Of a stretch of 64,000 bases of DNA, positions 20,013-33,064 are shown in pieces (the stretch's first letter is position 1; the number at the start of each line of letters is the position of its first letter). The position numbers and the translations under genes are program-made. The DNA lies in NCBI GenBank assembly GCA_030390025.1, contig CM059432.1:29142001-29206000 (forward strand), read 5' to 3'. The DNA comes from Squalus acanthias (Eukaryota). Under the pieces are notes generated by a model. It did no database searches. It was not told where the DNA came from and saw only the letters and a list, made by a program, of their open reading frames with translations.

Positions 20013-21249
20013 CCTTCGGGAAAGCTTCAGTAAAGGGCTAAATGTCATCACCTGTAAGTCAAGTTTCCATCAATGCCATGATGTCAATGTAATCATCAAC
20101 AATAATGTCATGGATGGTAAGGGCCTTGTTCACAACTGAATGGACACTCTGGAGGGATTTGTGGAGAGGGGCAATGATTGTTGACCCTATGGCAGAGTCC
20201 ATGAGGTCAACAGTGGGAGGGATGAGTGGAATGGGAAGCTGTATTGCAAGATTAGCCCCCAGCGGATGCCTTGTGTGAGAAGGTCAGTGAGAGAGCAGGA
20301 TGAGACAGTTGGGGTTGCTACTTATAAGGAGGCAGTGACGAGTGCCATGATGGGCCATTTGGAGGCACAGAGGAAAGCTGTGGGCTTATCCAAGAGCAAG
20401 TCAAGCCTGGGACAGCAACATAAGAGTAGGAAGGTAAAGGAACAGTGAAAGGTTGGGGTATAGATTTGGGGGAAAGGGGGGGGTGGGGGAATACCAGAGA
20501 GAGGAGACATGAAAGGATGCATGACTGGATAACAGGAAGGGAGGAGACAGAAGAGAAGGACCCCAGAGGGTAAAGAGAAAAGTAATGGCCTCGGGTCCAG
20601 AGTGACAGCCAAATTGCGCACGAGAATGGACACAGGGAAACTCAAGTTACGTAGGCACGAAAAAGATTAGGCTAGATATGTTCTGGTGGTAAATGGAGAA
20701 TAAGGAAGAGTCCAAAGTTAAAGTCAAATGTCCCGTAGTTGGATGAAATTGACTTGTAGATAGGGTAGAGTCAATTTTGAGCACCGACGAACAAATGTCC
20801 AGGTTCGGATACAGGAGGGTGAGCCCAAGGGCTGTTGAGGGGCAGAGAGTCAGTGAGCACAGTACTAGAGGTTTTCCCATTGATTATGGAGAGTCAAGGA
20901 GACATGAATTGACCATGAGCCAGCATAGGTGATCCAGGGGTCCAGCGGAGGTGAGTAGTGATCTCGGTGATTAGTAATGCACACCAACAGATCCAGTATA
21001 TCAGCAGAGGGATGACTGGAGTCACGACAATTGAAAGCAGGCGAAAGCAGCCAAGCAAAGGTCAGTCAGCAGCAATGGAGTACAATCCAGAGCAGAATGG
21101 AAACCAACAGGAATAGATCAGAACTTACTCAGCGTGGTAAGAAAAATTCCCAGCAAATCAGCATAAAACTGAGGATGTGGATGTTATGTGGACAAAAAGT
21201 GTGACACAGAAGAGGGTACAAGGCACTGAGGAGCAACTGGCCACCTATG

Positions 21250-23920
21250 GGGGAAACAAAGAATAGCTGTGTAGTGATTGTGGGGTATTCCGTAGTCAGA
21301 GGGACAGAGTGTTTCTGTTGTAGATCTGATCTAGCATCTCGAATGGTATGTTGCTTCCCAAGTGCTAGGATTCAGCACAGCATGGAGTGAATACAAAAGG
21401 TTCTGGAATGGGAAGACAAATAGACAGGTTCTTGTGGGAACCAATGACATAATACATAATGAGTAGGTTTGCAAAGGGATTTCAAAGAGTCAAATTCTAG
21501 ATTAAGGAGTGAATCTCCAGGGTAGTAGTAATCTCTGGATTATTCCCAGTGCCATGCATTGGACTGGACGGGGAGAGAAACATTAGGATCTTTGATGAGT
21601 AGTTGGAAGGAAACACTTTTGAAGCTAGGAAAGGCTGTACAGTTGGTATGGCCTTCACCTAAGTCCTTGCAGAAAGGGTAAATAGAGAAGTGGGGAAAGA
21701 TTTAAAATGGTTAGGGGTGTGGGGGAGTAAAATCCACACAGTAGGTCAAAGATTGTGAGAAAAAGACCAGAAGGACATATGGGTCTGGCTGGGAACAGTT
21801 ACTCAAATGTACATAGCATAAGAAATAAAACAAGTGATCTTAAAGGGTATCATGTACTGGCCATTACAGAGACCTGGCCTGATTGGGAGCTAAATGTTCC
21901 AGCTATAGGATCTTTAAAAAGGGCAGGGACATTGGAACAGGAGGGGGATTAGCAATATTAATAAAATACAAAATGAATGCAGTAGAAAGAAAGGATTTCA
22001 ATAAAGGTGATCGGGCAAACACTATGGGCAGAGTTCAGGAACAACAAAAATGCAAGATTCTAGTAGGACTTATCCACAGACATCTTGATAGCAGTGATGT
22101 AGTGGGAGGATGTATAAATACGGAGATCGGTGAGCATGTAGCAAAAACAATGTGGAGATCTTAATTTTCACATAGACTGGGAGAAAAAGAAAGACTTGCA
22201 TTTCTATAGCGGACGTTCCAAAGCGCTTTACAGCCAATTCATTACTTTTGAAGTGTAGTCACTGTTGTAATGTAGGAAACGCAGCAGCCAATTTGTGCAC
22301 AGCAAATTCCCACAAACAGCAATGCGATATTGATTGAAGGATAAATATTGGCCAGGGCACCAGAAATAACTCCCCTGATTTTCTTTGAAATAGTGCACCT
22401 AAGAGAGCAGACCTCTCATCCGAAAGGCAGCATCTCCGATAGTGCAGCATCCCCTCAATACTGCACTGGAGTGTCAACCTAGATTTTTGCGGTCAAGTCT
22501 CTGGAGTGGGACTTCAACCCAGAGCCTCAGAGACAAGGGTGCTACCAACTGAGCCACGGCTGACACAAGAAGCAGAGCAACTCAAGTAATAAAGGCAATG
22601 AATTTCTAGAATGTGTTCCAGACAGTTTTCTGGAACAATATATTTTAGAACCAACATGGGAACAGGCCAAACTGCATTTAATGATGAGTAATGAACCAGA
22701 AATAGTGAACAGCTTGCAAATTGTATCTATAGTATGATTGAATCTGATATTAGGTTTGAGCAGGAAAAGGGAGAGTTACGAACCAAGATTTCAATTTAAG
22801 TAAAGCAAACTTCGAAGGGAAGAGAAATTAATTGACTGCAATAAACTAGACTGAGTTGTTAATGGGTGAACCTACGGACAAACAGTGAGAAGTATTCAAA
22901 GAATAATTTTGTACGATTAAAACCAGTACATACCCCTAAAAGACTCCATTTGTGTAGTTAAGCAACCATGGTCAATAAATGAGGTAATAGACAGGATCAA
23001 GCTAAAAGAAAAGGCTTATCCAAATGCAAGGAAAAGTGGGAATCCAGTGGACTGGGAGAGCTATAAAAAGCAATAAAGGAATACAAAAGAAGTAATCAGA
23101 GCTGCAAAAATGGAATGTGAAATAAACTTGCAAGGGACATGGGTATACAGGGCATAATTTCAAAATTTGCTGATGACACAAAACTTGGAAATGTAGTAAA
23201 CAGTGAGGCGGATAATAACAGACTTCAGGAGGACATAGGCTGACTGATGAAATAGGCAGATGAAGTGTGAAGTGATTCATTTTGGTAGGAAGAATGCATA
23301 TAATTGACAAATTAATTTCAACTTAGATAAATGTGAGGTATTACATTTTGGTAAGAAAAAGAAGGAGGTCGCTTATTGCTTAGAAAATAAGAATCTAAAT
23401 GGGTTAAGGAGCAAAGGGATCTGGAAGTACAAATACACAAATCACTAAAAGTTGCGACACAGGTCAGTAAGGCCATAACAAAAGCAAACTAAGCACTAGG
23501 GTTTATTTCTAGAGGGATAGAATTGAAAAGTAGAGAAGTTATGCTAAACTTGTATCGAACCTTGGTTAGACCACACTTGGAGTACTTTGTGCAGTTCCAG
23601 TCGGCATATTACAAAAAGGATATAGAAGCACTGGAGAGTGTGTAAAAAAGATTTACAAGGATGATACCAGAACTGCTAGGTTATATCTATCAGGAAAGGA
23701 TGAACAGGCTGGGGCTGAGGGGTAACCTAATAGAGGTCTATAAAATTATGAAAGGTCTTGATAGAGTAGGCACAGAGAGAATGTTTCTACTTGTGCGGAA
23801 GAACAAAACTAGAGGCCATTAATGCAAGATAGTTGCCAAGAAATCAAATAGGGAATTCAGAAGAAACTTCTTTATCCAGAGAGTGGTGAGAATGTGGAAC
23901 TCACTACCACAGGGAGCAGT
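21250..23920 (+). mobile_element. Old degraded CR1 LINE (ORF1 esterase remnant and ORF2 pieces)
   Basis: GTNDI-like and AITETW remnants; 3' RNFFIQRVVRMWNSLP; many stops. Confidence 0.7.
22185..22565 (-). mobile_element. tRNA-head DeuSINE (SacSINE1-like); related copies at about 32320-32470(-), 32785-33062(-), 38460-38905(-), 54745-55050(-) and 55465-55862(+)
   Basis: A-box TGGCTCAGTTGG and B-box GGTTGAAGTCC head, Deu-like core, L2-like tail; recurs across the window. Confidence 0.7.
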
Positions 23921-25985
23921 CCACTACTGTGCATTGTACTCTAAGTGTGGCCTGACCAGGGCCCTATGCAATTTAACGTATCTTCACTACTTTTGAATTA
24001 TATACCGCTAGAAATAAATTCCAGTGCTTTGATAGCATTTTTAGTTACTTTGCTGACCTGTGATGCTGTTTTTAATGATTTGTTCACTTGTATCCTTAGA
24101 TCCCTTTGCTCTTCTACCCCATTCAATTTCTTATTTTCTAAGGTGTAGGTGATGTTTCTGGTTTTCCTACCAAAGTGCATCACCTCACATTTATCTATGT
24201 TAAAGTTAATTTGCCACTTAACTGCCCAGACTGCAAGTTTTCTAATGTCTTCTTCTATTATGTTGCATTCTTCCTCAATGTTAGCTATACCCCGCACCCC
24301 TACCCCACCCCCTAATGGTATCATCTGCAAATTTTGATATTGAGTTACTTATTCCTAAGTCCAAATCATTAATGTAAATTATGAATAACAGTTCCCAGCA
24401 CAGGCACAATGGGCCAAATGGCCACTTCTGTGCTGTATCATTGTATGATTCTATGAACAGTGGTCCCAGCTCTAGAGATTAGATTATCTCTAGTCTTTCA
24501 AATAATCAGGATCGAGTGCGAACCAATATGGTGGGTATATTGTGTTTAATCGGAGTTTAAGATGGAACATAACACACTAGTTATACAGCAAAAACATTCG
24601 ACCTTGACAAGTAGCTGGTACCAGTCCTGATCGAACAGAATGGCTGGCATGCACGAACAGCTCTTCTCTCTCTCTCTCTCTCTCTACCGTCTGTGTTAGG
24701 GGCTTTACAGGTCTCTCTTTTATTCTCTTTTTAGGGGTGGACCTGGGGCAGAATATTGACTAGACAATTCAACCTATAGAGGTTCCCCTTAAAACAAGGT
24801 GCCCAATGGTATGTCGAGTTCTTTGTCTAAACTTACAGATGAAAACCCTTCCTTAAGGGGTCCTATGCTTTTCCTCACATGTCTTTCTTGTTTATACATT
24901 TTGAAGGCCAATCCATCTGAATTCCTCTTATCTCGTCCGTCCCTGTCCTTCCAAAGCCTAGGGTCTCTTATCTCATCCTGTCTTGTCCTCCCCAGCCTGG
25001 AGTCAGCAACCAGACATACCAAGTTTGGCCTTCAGACTCCTTCAGTCAGAGGCCCCATTGTTGGAACTGCTTGTTATCAATTATTTATGTTCATGCAGCT
25101 GACCATGCAAACTAACTATTTCATTTTGTTATCAGACTATTGTACCATGAAATGAATCATTAAATTCCCAAAGATATCCTCTATTCTATGTCCTTATATT
25201 AATTAACTTCTACATAACTTCGCAAGCAGTTCTGTTAAACAAACTCCAATTCCTACTTTAGCATTATAATATGGTTATTAGTAATAATGGAAGAAACATA
25301 GGTTGGGCCGTCATTGGCCAAATTAAACAAAGTCAAAATCCTAACTTACAAACAGCAGACAACTAGCCTGAGAGGCAAAGCTATATGTGGCTGTCCCTGT
25401 GTGGGATGTTATGCATCTATCCATCTAATCTAATACTAATTTGAATACACTTTGTCTCAAGCTCTAACACAAGTTTCCAGGAAAACAAAACTTAAGCAGT
25501 TCCAGTAAAACACAATTCCTACATTAATCCCTTACTTTGGCTCGAGCTCTAATACAATCTTTTAAACACAGTATTATTCATGTCACAGTTTCATTCGCAT
25601 AACCATATACATTTTAGGTAACCCTAATTTCTAACACAGCACTAATCCTTGTGGAACATTGCTTTCTATCTTCCTCCAATCTGAATAACTAGCCTTTAGC
25701 CCTACTCTTTGCTTTCTATTTGTTTTAGCCAATTTGCTATCCATTCAGCTATTGGTGCCCTGACTCTACATGTTCTAACCTTTGTCATGAGCCGACCATG
25801 TGATACCTTATCAAAGACCTTTTGAAAATCCATGTTTATGAAATCTACTGCATTACCCTTGTCTACTCTTTCTGTTACCTCTTCAAATAATTCTATTGGG
25901 TTAGTTAAGCATGAATTAGCCTTTTAGAATCCATGCTGACATTTTTTAAAATATTTTCTGTCCCTAGATGCTCTTCTATCACTTC
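23921..25985 (-). mobile_element. CR1 RT fragment hosting a solo LTR
   Basis: KWQINFNIDKCEVMHFG translation; sequence resumes after 25636. Confidence 0.75.
24471..25636 (-). mobile_element. Probable solo LTR (1166 bp)
   Basis: TSD CAGC at 24467-24470 and 25637-25640 interrupting CR1; ends TCTAG...TAACA (left TG apparently mutated); strand tentative. Confidence 0.65.
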
Positions 25986-26904
25986 TTTACATGGGATCCT
26001 TGGCTTTATAAATAGAAGCATAGAGTACAAAAGCAAGGAAGTTATGCTAAACCTTTATAAAACACTGGTTAGGCCCCAGCTGGAGCATTTTCTCCAATCC
26101 TGGGCACCACACTTTAGGAAGGATGTCAAGGTCTTAGAGAGGGTGCAGAGGAGATTTACTAGAATGGTACCAGTTATGTGGAAAAATGAGAGAAGCTGAG
26201 GTTGTTCTCCTAAGAGTAGAGAAGGTTAAGGGGAGATTTGATATAGGTGTTCAAAGTCATGAAGGGTTTTGATAGAATAAATAAGGGCAAACAGTTTCCA
26301 GTGGCAGAAGGGGTGGCAACAAGAGGACAAAGAGTTAAGGTAATAGGCAAAAGAACCAGAGGCAACATGAGGAAACATTTTATTACACAGCGAGTTGTTG
26401 TGATCTGGAATGCACTGCCTGAAAGGGTGGAGGAAGCAGATTCAATAGTAACTTACAGGAGAAAAATCGCAAGGCTATGGGGAAAAAACAGGAGAGTAGG
26501 ACTAATTGGATAGCACTTTCAAAGAGCTGGTGCAGGCACGATAGACAAGCGGCCTCCTTCTGTGCTGTATCATTCTATGATTCTATGATTAAAGCAAGGA
26601 GTAAACACTTTTATAAAAAAATATTAAGAGAAAGAGAGTGGAAAAGGAGAATGTGGGTCCATTAAAGATGGATGCAGGTGATACTATAATGGACACTAAA
26701 GAATTAGCAGACATGTTAAATCAGTATTTTGTATTCATTTTCACAGTGGAGGAAGAGGACAAAATACCAGTGGTACAATGGCACCTAGAAATAAATCTTT
26801 GCGTGGAACTTGCTGGATTTAATATGAGATTATTAGCAAAATGAGAGCACATGGAATTAGAGGTAACTTTGTGACATGGGTTGGTAATTTAAAAAAAACA
26901 TTTT

Positions 26905-28765
26905 TTATTCGTTCCTAGGATGTGGGCGTCGCTGGCAAGGCCAGCATTTATTGCCCATCCCTAAATGCCCTTGAGAAGGTGGTGGTGTTCCCATGGGCCT
27001 GCTGCCCTTGTCCTTCTAGGTGGAAGAGGTTGCGGGTTTGGGAGATGCTGCCGAAGAAGCCTTGGCGAGTTGCTACAGTGCATCTTGTAGATGGTGCACA
27101 CTGCAGCCACGGTATGCCGTTGGTGGAGGGAGTGAATGTTTAAGGTGGTGGATGGGGTGCCAATCAAGCAGGCTGCTTTGTCCTGGATGGTGTCGAGCTT
27201 CTTGAGTGTTGTTGGAGCTGCACTCATCCAGGCAAGTGGAGAGTATTCCATCACGCTCCTTACTTGTGCCTTGTAGATGGTGGAAAGGCTTTGGGGAGTC
27301 AGGAGGTGAGAAACTCAACGCAGAATACCTAGCCTCTGACCTGCTCTTGTTGCCATAGTATTTATGTGGCTGGTCCAGTTAAGTTTCTGGTCAATGGTGA
27401 CCCCCAGGATGTTGATGGTGGGGGATTCAGTGATTATAATGTCGTTGAATGTCATGGGGTGGTGGTTAGACTCTCGCTTGTTGGAGATAGTCATTGCCTG
27501 GCACTTGTGTGGCGCGAATGTTACCTGACATTTATCATCCCAAGCCTGAACATCGTTCAGGTCTTGTTGCATGCGGGCATGGACTGCTTCATTATCTCAG
27601 GCATTGTGAATGGCACTGAACACTGTGCAGTCATTAGGGAACATCCCCATTTCTGACCTTATGTTGGAGGGAAGGTCATTGATGAAGCAGCTGAAGATGG
27701 TTGGGCCTAGGACACTGCCCTGAGGAACTCCTGCAGCGATGCCCTGGGGCTGTGATGATTAACCTTCAACCACCTTCCTTTCTGCTAGGTATGACTCCAG
27801 CCAGTGGAGAGTTTTCCCCCCGATTCCCATTGACTTCAGTTTTACTAGGGCTCCTTGATGCCAGACTCGGCCAAATGCTGCCTTGATGTCAAGGGCAGTC
27901 ACTCTCACCTCACCTCTGGAATTCAGATCCTTTGTCCATGTTTGGACCAAGGCTGTAATGAGGTCGGGAGCTGAGTGGTCCTGGCGGAACCCAAACTGGG
28001 CATCAGCGAGCAGGTTATTGGTGAGTAAGTGCCGTTTGATAGCACTGTCGATGACACCTTCCATCACTTTGCTGATGATTGAGAGTAGACTGATTGGGCG
28101 GTAATTGGTCGGATTGGATTTGTCCTGCTTTTTGTGGACAGGACATACCTGGGAAGTTTGCCACATTGTCAGATAGATGCCAGTGTTGTACCTGTACTGG
28201 AACAGCTTTGCTGGAGGTGCGGCTAGTCCTGGAGCACAAGTCTTCAGCACGACAACTGGGATGTTGTCGGGCCCATAGCCTTTGCTGTATTCAGTACGCT
28301 CAGCCATTTTTTGATATCACGTAGAGTGAATCGAATTGGCTGAAGACTAGCTTCTGTGATGGTGGGGACCTCAGGAGGAGGCCGATATGGATCATCCACT
28401 CGGCATTTCTGGCTGAAGATGGTTGCAAACGCTTCAGCCTTGTCTTTTGCACTCACTTGCTGGGCTCTACCATCATTGAGGATGGGGATATTCATGGAGC
28501 CTCCTCCTCCCGTTAGTTGTTTAATGGTCCTCCATCATTCACGACTGGATTTGGCAGGACTGCAGAGCTTTGATCTGATCCGTTGATTATGGGATCGCTT
28601 AGCCCTGTCTATAGCATGCTGCTTCTGCTTTTTAGCATGCATGTAGTCCTGTGTTGCAGCTTCCCCAGGTTGGCACCTCATTTTTAGGTACACCTGGTGC
28701 TGCTCCTGGCATGCTCTTCTACACTCCTTATTGAACCAGGGTTGGTCCCCTGGCTTGATGGTAAT
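26905..28765 (-). mobile_element. LINE family B, 3' half
   Basis: NYRPISLLSIISKVMEG and ALDIKAAFGRVWHQG translations; family 3' tail at 26905-26985. Confidence 0.88.
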
Positions 28766-29297
28766 TGGTTGGGAGGTAAGAGATGGAGTAAGGATAAAGG
28801 ATTCATTCTCTGATTGAAGAGATGTGACAAGTGGTGTTCCCCAGGGATCTGTACTGGGTTCTCAACTTTTCACGATATATATAAATGTAAGTTGTTGTTG
28901 AGTTGTATGAAGGAAAAGAGAGTTTGAAAATTACACTAAATTAGGAAGCACAGTAAGTTGTCTAGATGGGTGCAAGAAGTTGCAAAGGGACATAGGCAGG
29001 TTTAGCAAAACTATGACAGGAGCAGTTCAATGTGGGGAAGTGTGAGGTCATTCACTTTGGGTCTGAGAAAGACAAATTAAAATATTTTCTTAATGGTGTC
29101 CATGTACACAAATCACTAAAACGTAATGCACAGGTAGAAAAAATAATCAAAGAGGCTAATGGAATGTTGGCTTTTATCTGAAGGGGGTTGGAATACAAAA
29201 GTGAGAAAGGTATGCTTTAGTTGTACAGATCCTTGGTCAGACTCCATCTGAAGTACTGTCTTCAGTTTTGGGCACCAAACCTCAGGAAAGATATATT

Positions 29298-30190
29298 GGG
29301 GTAGAAATTAGGTCGCGCCCCATTTGGGGCGCAAATATCGTCCTGTCGCAAATATTAGCGCCTGGCGCTAATTATCGGCACTGACGGGAAACTTCACTTT
29401 TACCGCCCCGGGAGGTGAGTGGAGCGCTAAAGCAGGCGCTGCACACCTCTCTTAAGGCGCAAAGGCCGAGCAGTGAGGCGCTAACTCGGAGCGCTGGCGA
29501 AGCTCATGTAATGTCAGTCAGCAATGGAACACACACACAATGGCACGGGCCAGTTCTTAAAGGGGATGGTTAATCTTGCTTTCCATCCACATCCTGTTCA
29601 TTGCTGCCTTGAATCTCGGCCTGGAGAGACTTGCACATCAAATGTGCTGGAAAGAACAATGGAGAGCACCAGGCAAAGAGCTCAGAGTGCAGCTCCCACG
29701 GTCTCTGCTAAATCGATACAAGGAATGGCAAATCAAAATGAACCTGCAAAGTGCTGCTCAGTACCCAAAACTCCTTCACACAACGTTGAATCTCTCCAGA
29801 AGTCTCTCCCTCTCTCTCTCAGAATGCGTAGTTCAAAAATGCCACCAACAATAAAAGACAGGAAGAGGCCCCCTTTAAATAGCGCCCCCCCCAGCCCCAC
29901 AGCGATTGATAGCGTTCCAGTCTTCTGGTCGTTGGAAGCGCCAGGCGGTAAGGCAGGGGGCGCCACTCAATTTCCGCTACGGGGCGCCCCAAGGGCGTTG
30001 CACCATGGAATGACGTCACAATCTGCGCGCGCAGGTGGTCGCAGCGGTAAGTTTTAGCGCCGCCGCACAATCTCAAGTTAAGTTCTCGAGCGGCGCAAAC
30101 ATCGCTGCGCCCGGGCGTTAGCGGCTTTGCGCCCCATTAGCGCCCTCTTAAGGCGCTAACGGGTGGCGCAACCAAGTGAATTTTTACCCC
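29298..30190. mobile_element. Non-autonomous PIF/Harbinger-like DNA transposon (893 bp)
   Basis: TIRs GGGGTAGAAATT / AATTTTTACCCC; 3-bp TSD ATT; interrupts a CR1; GC-rich subterminal GCGCC repeats. Confidence 0.8.
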
Positions 30191-33064
30191 ATTGACTTTG
30201 AAGGGGGAATAGCACAGATTCACCAAAATGATGCCAGGCCTTAAAGGGTTAAATTATGAGGAACGGTTTCATTAATTTGGTTTGTATTCCCTTCAGTTTA
30301 GAAGATTAAGTGGTGACTTAATCAAGGTCTTTAAAATAATAAAGGGATTCGAAAGGGTAGATATAGAGAAACTATTTTCTTTGATGGGGAAATTCAAAAC
30401 AAGAGGGCATAATCTTAAAATTAGAGCTAGGCCATTTTGAAGTCAAATTTAGTAGCACTTTTTCACACAAGGAGTAGTGTAATTTAGGAGCTCCCTCCCT
30501 CAAAAAGGCTGTGGATGCTGGGTCAACTGCAATTTCAAATGAGATCAATAGATTTTTGTTAGGTAAGAGTATCAAGATATGGAGCAAAGGTGGGTAAATG
30601 GAGTTGCGGAACACATCAGTCACGATCTAATTGAATGGCGGAACAGGCTCGAGGGGCTGAATGGCCTACCCCTGTTCCTACGATTTCAAGTATGGTATGT
30701 GAGATAGAAGGTGATGGCTGCAAAGATCCTATGGCCATAATATAATTGGAGTGTGCAAAAAGGGCAGTGGCACAAAAACTTTGGACTTTAAAACAGCAGA
30801 CTCTGAGATAATGCAAAATGTTTTTTTTTTAAATAATTGAATATATTAATGGTTGGGAGATTGACAGTAGAAAAGTGGGAAGACGAGAGCAGATACCTTC
30901 CATGGTTGAATATCTTACTAATACTCACTATTGAGGCTCACACATGAATAATGGCCACTTGGATGAGGTACTAGAAGGCGACTGCATACCAAGGCAGGCG
31001 TCAACTCCTTCAGGAGTGGGACAGAAAATTAGTGAGAAACTAAAACTGATAAACTGATAAGTATAAAATTCATCCCGCAAAAATTACTGTTTAGTTGGAG
31101 GCGGTACATTGCCCCATATTTAGGAAAGGCCTCAGGCTAGGGATTGCAAAAGCCTCTTTGCTGATCTCTACAGAGTAGGTAAAAGCACTGCGGCTGCTCC
31201 TGACAAACAAAGACCCAAGAACATAGCAGCCTCCACCTCTGATGCCAATCCTCTCTGATTTTCAGTTGCCGTCACAGGCGGTGTTGCTGTCAGAGCTGGT
31301 TAAAACCAGCTCCTTTAGTGGCACATGCCAACTTGCAACCATTAGCAGAGGTGCCATTAACAGCATATTGGTGAGTAAAAAGCAATATTCATGGGGTTAA
31401 TGAGGTTAAACAAAAATAAAGTTAATAATAAGTGTTATGAATTATTAATCTAAAGTGTTTACATATGAGGCCTTTATTCACACCTCAGCAATTTGTTGGC
31501 ACACTCCTTGATGATGCACATAAAAAAGAAAAAAAAGGTACTTACTTTGGGTTGTAGGCCCCACAGGAACCATTAGTTTATCGACTGTCTTACAATATTG
31601 CAACCGTGATGCAAGAGGGCCCTGACAAATGAGCCGTTGCTGGGTTCTCTACCACCGAGACTTTCCTTCATGTTTTACAGAGTTGTCCAGCAACACACAG
31701 CGCTGTATCAGTGCTCCTGGTTGGTGGTTGTTCAGTGTTGTTTTTAATTCCTTGACAAGTACTGTCTTCACCTTGTCCCAATTGCAAAACCAGACATGGC
31801 TGGAGGTAGACAACCAAGATAAGGGGAATAACATGGAAAAAAATAATTAAAAGCCTTAAATAATAAGGCATCCATTCCATGAGACACTGAGGCAAAGTGA
31901 AAAAATTAAGTGGACTGGTGTTTTTGAAATTTCCAGAAAGTTCCCCTTTCAGTGTTGGCATCAAAGTTTAATTGTCAGGGGTGAGTTATATTAATTATAT
32001 ATAATAGCAGCTAAAAGGGAACCGACGATTTGGCTTATCAGAGGCAGAGCAGCAGGAATTGAGTCTACAGATGAGATTTGCAGCGGTAGCGTATTCCTGA
32101 TTATGGTCAGGTTTTCCGGTGGAGGGGGAGGAGGAGCGGGATGGGGAGGAGAATTGTGTTTTCTCAGGGAATGGAGGGTAAAACTTGGTGGTGAAGTCAC
32201 TAATACCCATGAACATTGGCATTAAAAGAAACATAAACTGAGCAAAAATGCTACAGTGTCAGTGGTTTCAAGAAAGAAAGAAAAAATGTAAGAAAGAAAA
32301 AGAAAGTTAGAAGGAAAACCTTGCATTTATATAGCGCCTTTCATGACCTCATGATGTCCCAAAGCGCTTTACAGCCAATGCAGCGCTGTTGAAGTGTAGT
32401 CACTGTTATAATGTAGGAAATGTGGCAGTCAATTTGCACACAGCAAAGCCCCACAACCAACAATATGATAATAATCAATGTGATAAGCGCTACAATGTTT
32501 GCTGTCCTTTATTGGCATTACCGAACCCTTTTAAGGGAAGGCTCAATGGATTGCTGGGAAATTAAGACTGCGCATTATGATCATAGCTTATGATGCCTTT
32601 GCACATTCCAATGCTAAGCTGTGGTATAAGTTAGCCCATTCCTAGACCAGGCTACTGATGGAGCAGGTCTTTAGTGTCCTTTGGCAGCCATTGGGTACAG
32701 GAACGGGTACTGGTACAACGGCATAGTGGTTATGTTACTGGACTATTAATACTAGTATACTTGCCTTATGCGGGTGCAATGAAAGAAAGACTTGCATTGA
32801 TATAGCGCCTTTCACGACCACCAGACGTCTCAAAATGCTTTACAGCCAATGAAGTACTTTTTGAAGTGGAGTCACTGTTGTAATGTGGAAACGCGGCAGC
32901 CAATTTGCGCACAGCAAGCTCACACAAACAGCAATGTAATAATGACCAGATAATCTGTTTTTGTTATGTTGGTTGAGGAATAAATATTGGCCAGGACACC
33001 GGGGATAACTCCCCTGCTCTTCTTTGAAATAGTGCCATGAGATCTTTTACGTCCACCTGAGAGA

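Larger units (their letters stand above)
25990..30680 (+). mobile_element. CR1 fragments (25990-26590 3' end; 26590-26890 plus 28765-30680) with nested insertions
   Basis: RPQLEH...WAPHFRKDV translation; [13 protein letters not shown] DNA near 28830; HE1-like tail at 30620-30680. Confidence 0.7.

Noticed and set aside
29524..30057. 177-aa ORF present in both Harbinger-like copies
   Set aside because: No recognisable domain; its persistence is explained by recent duplication
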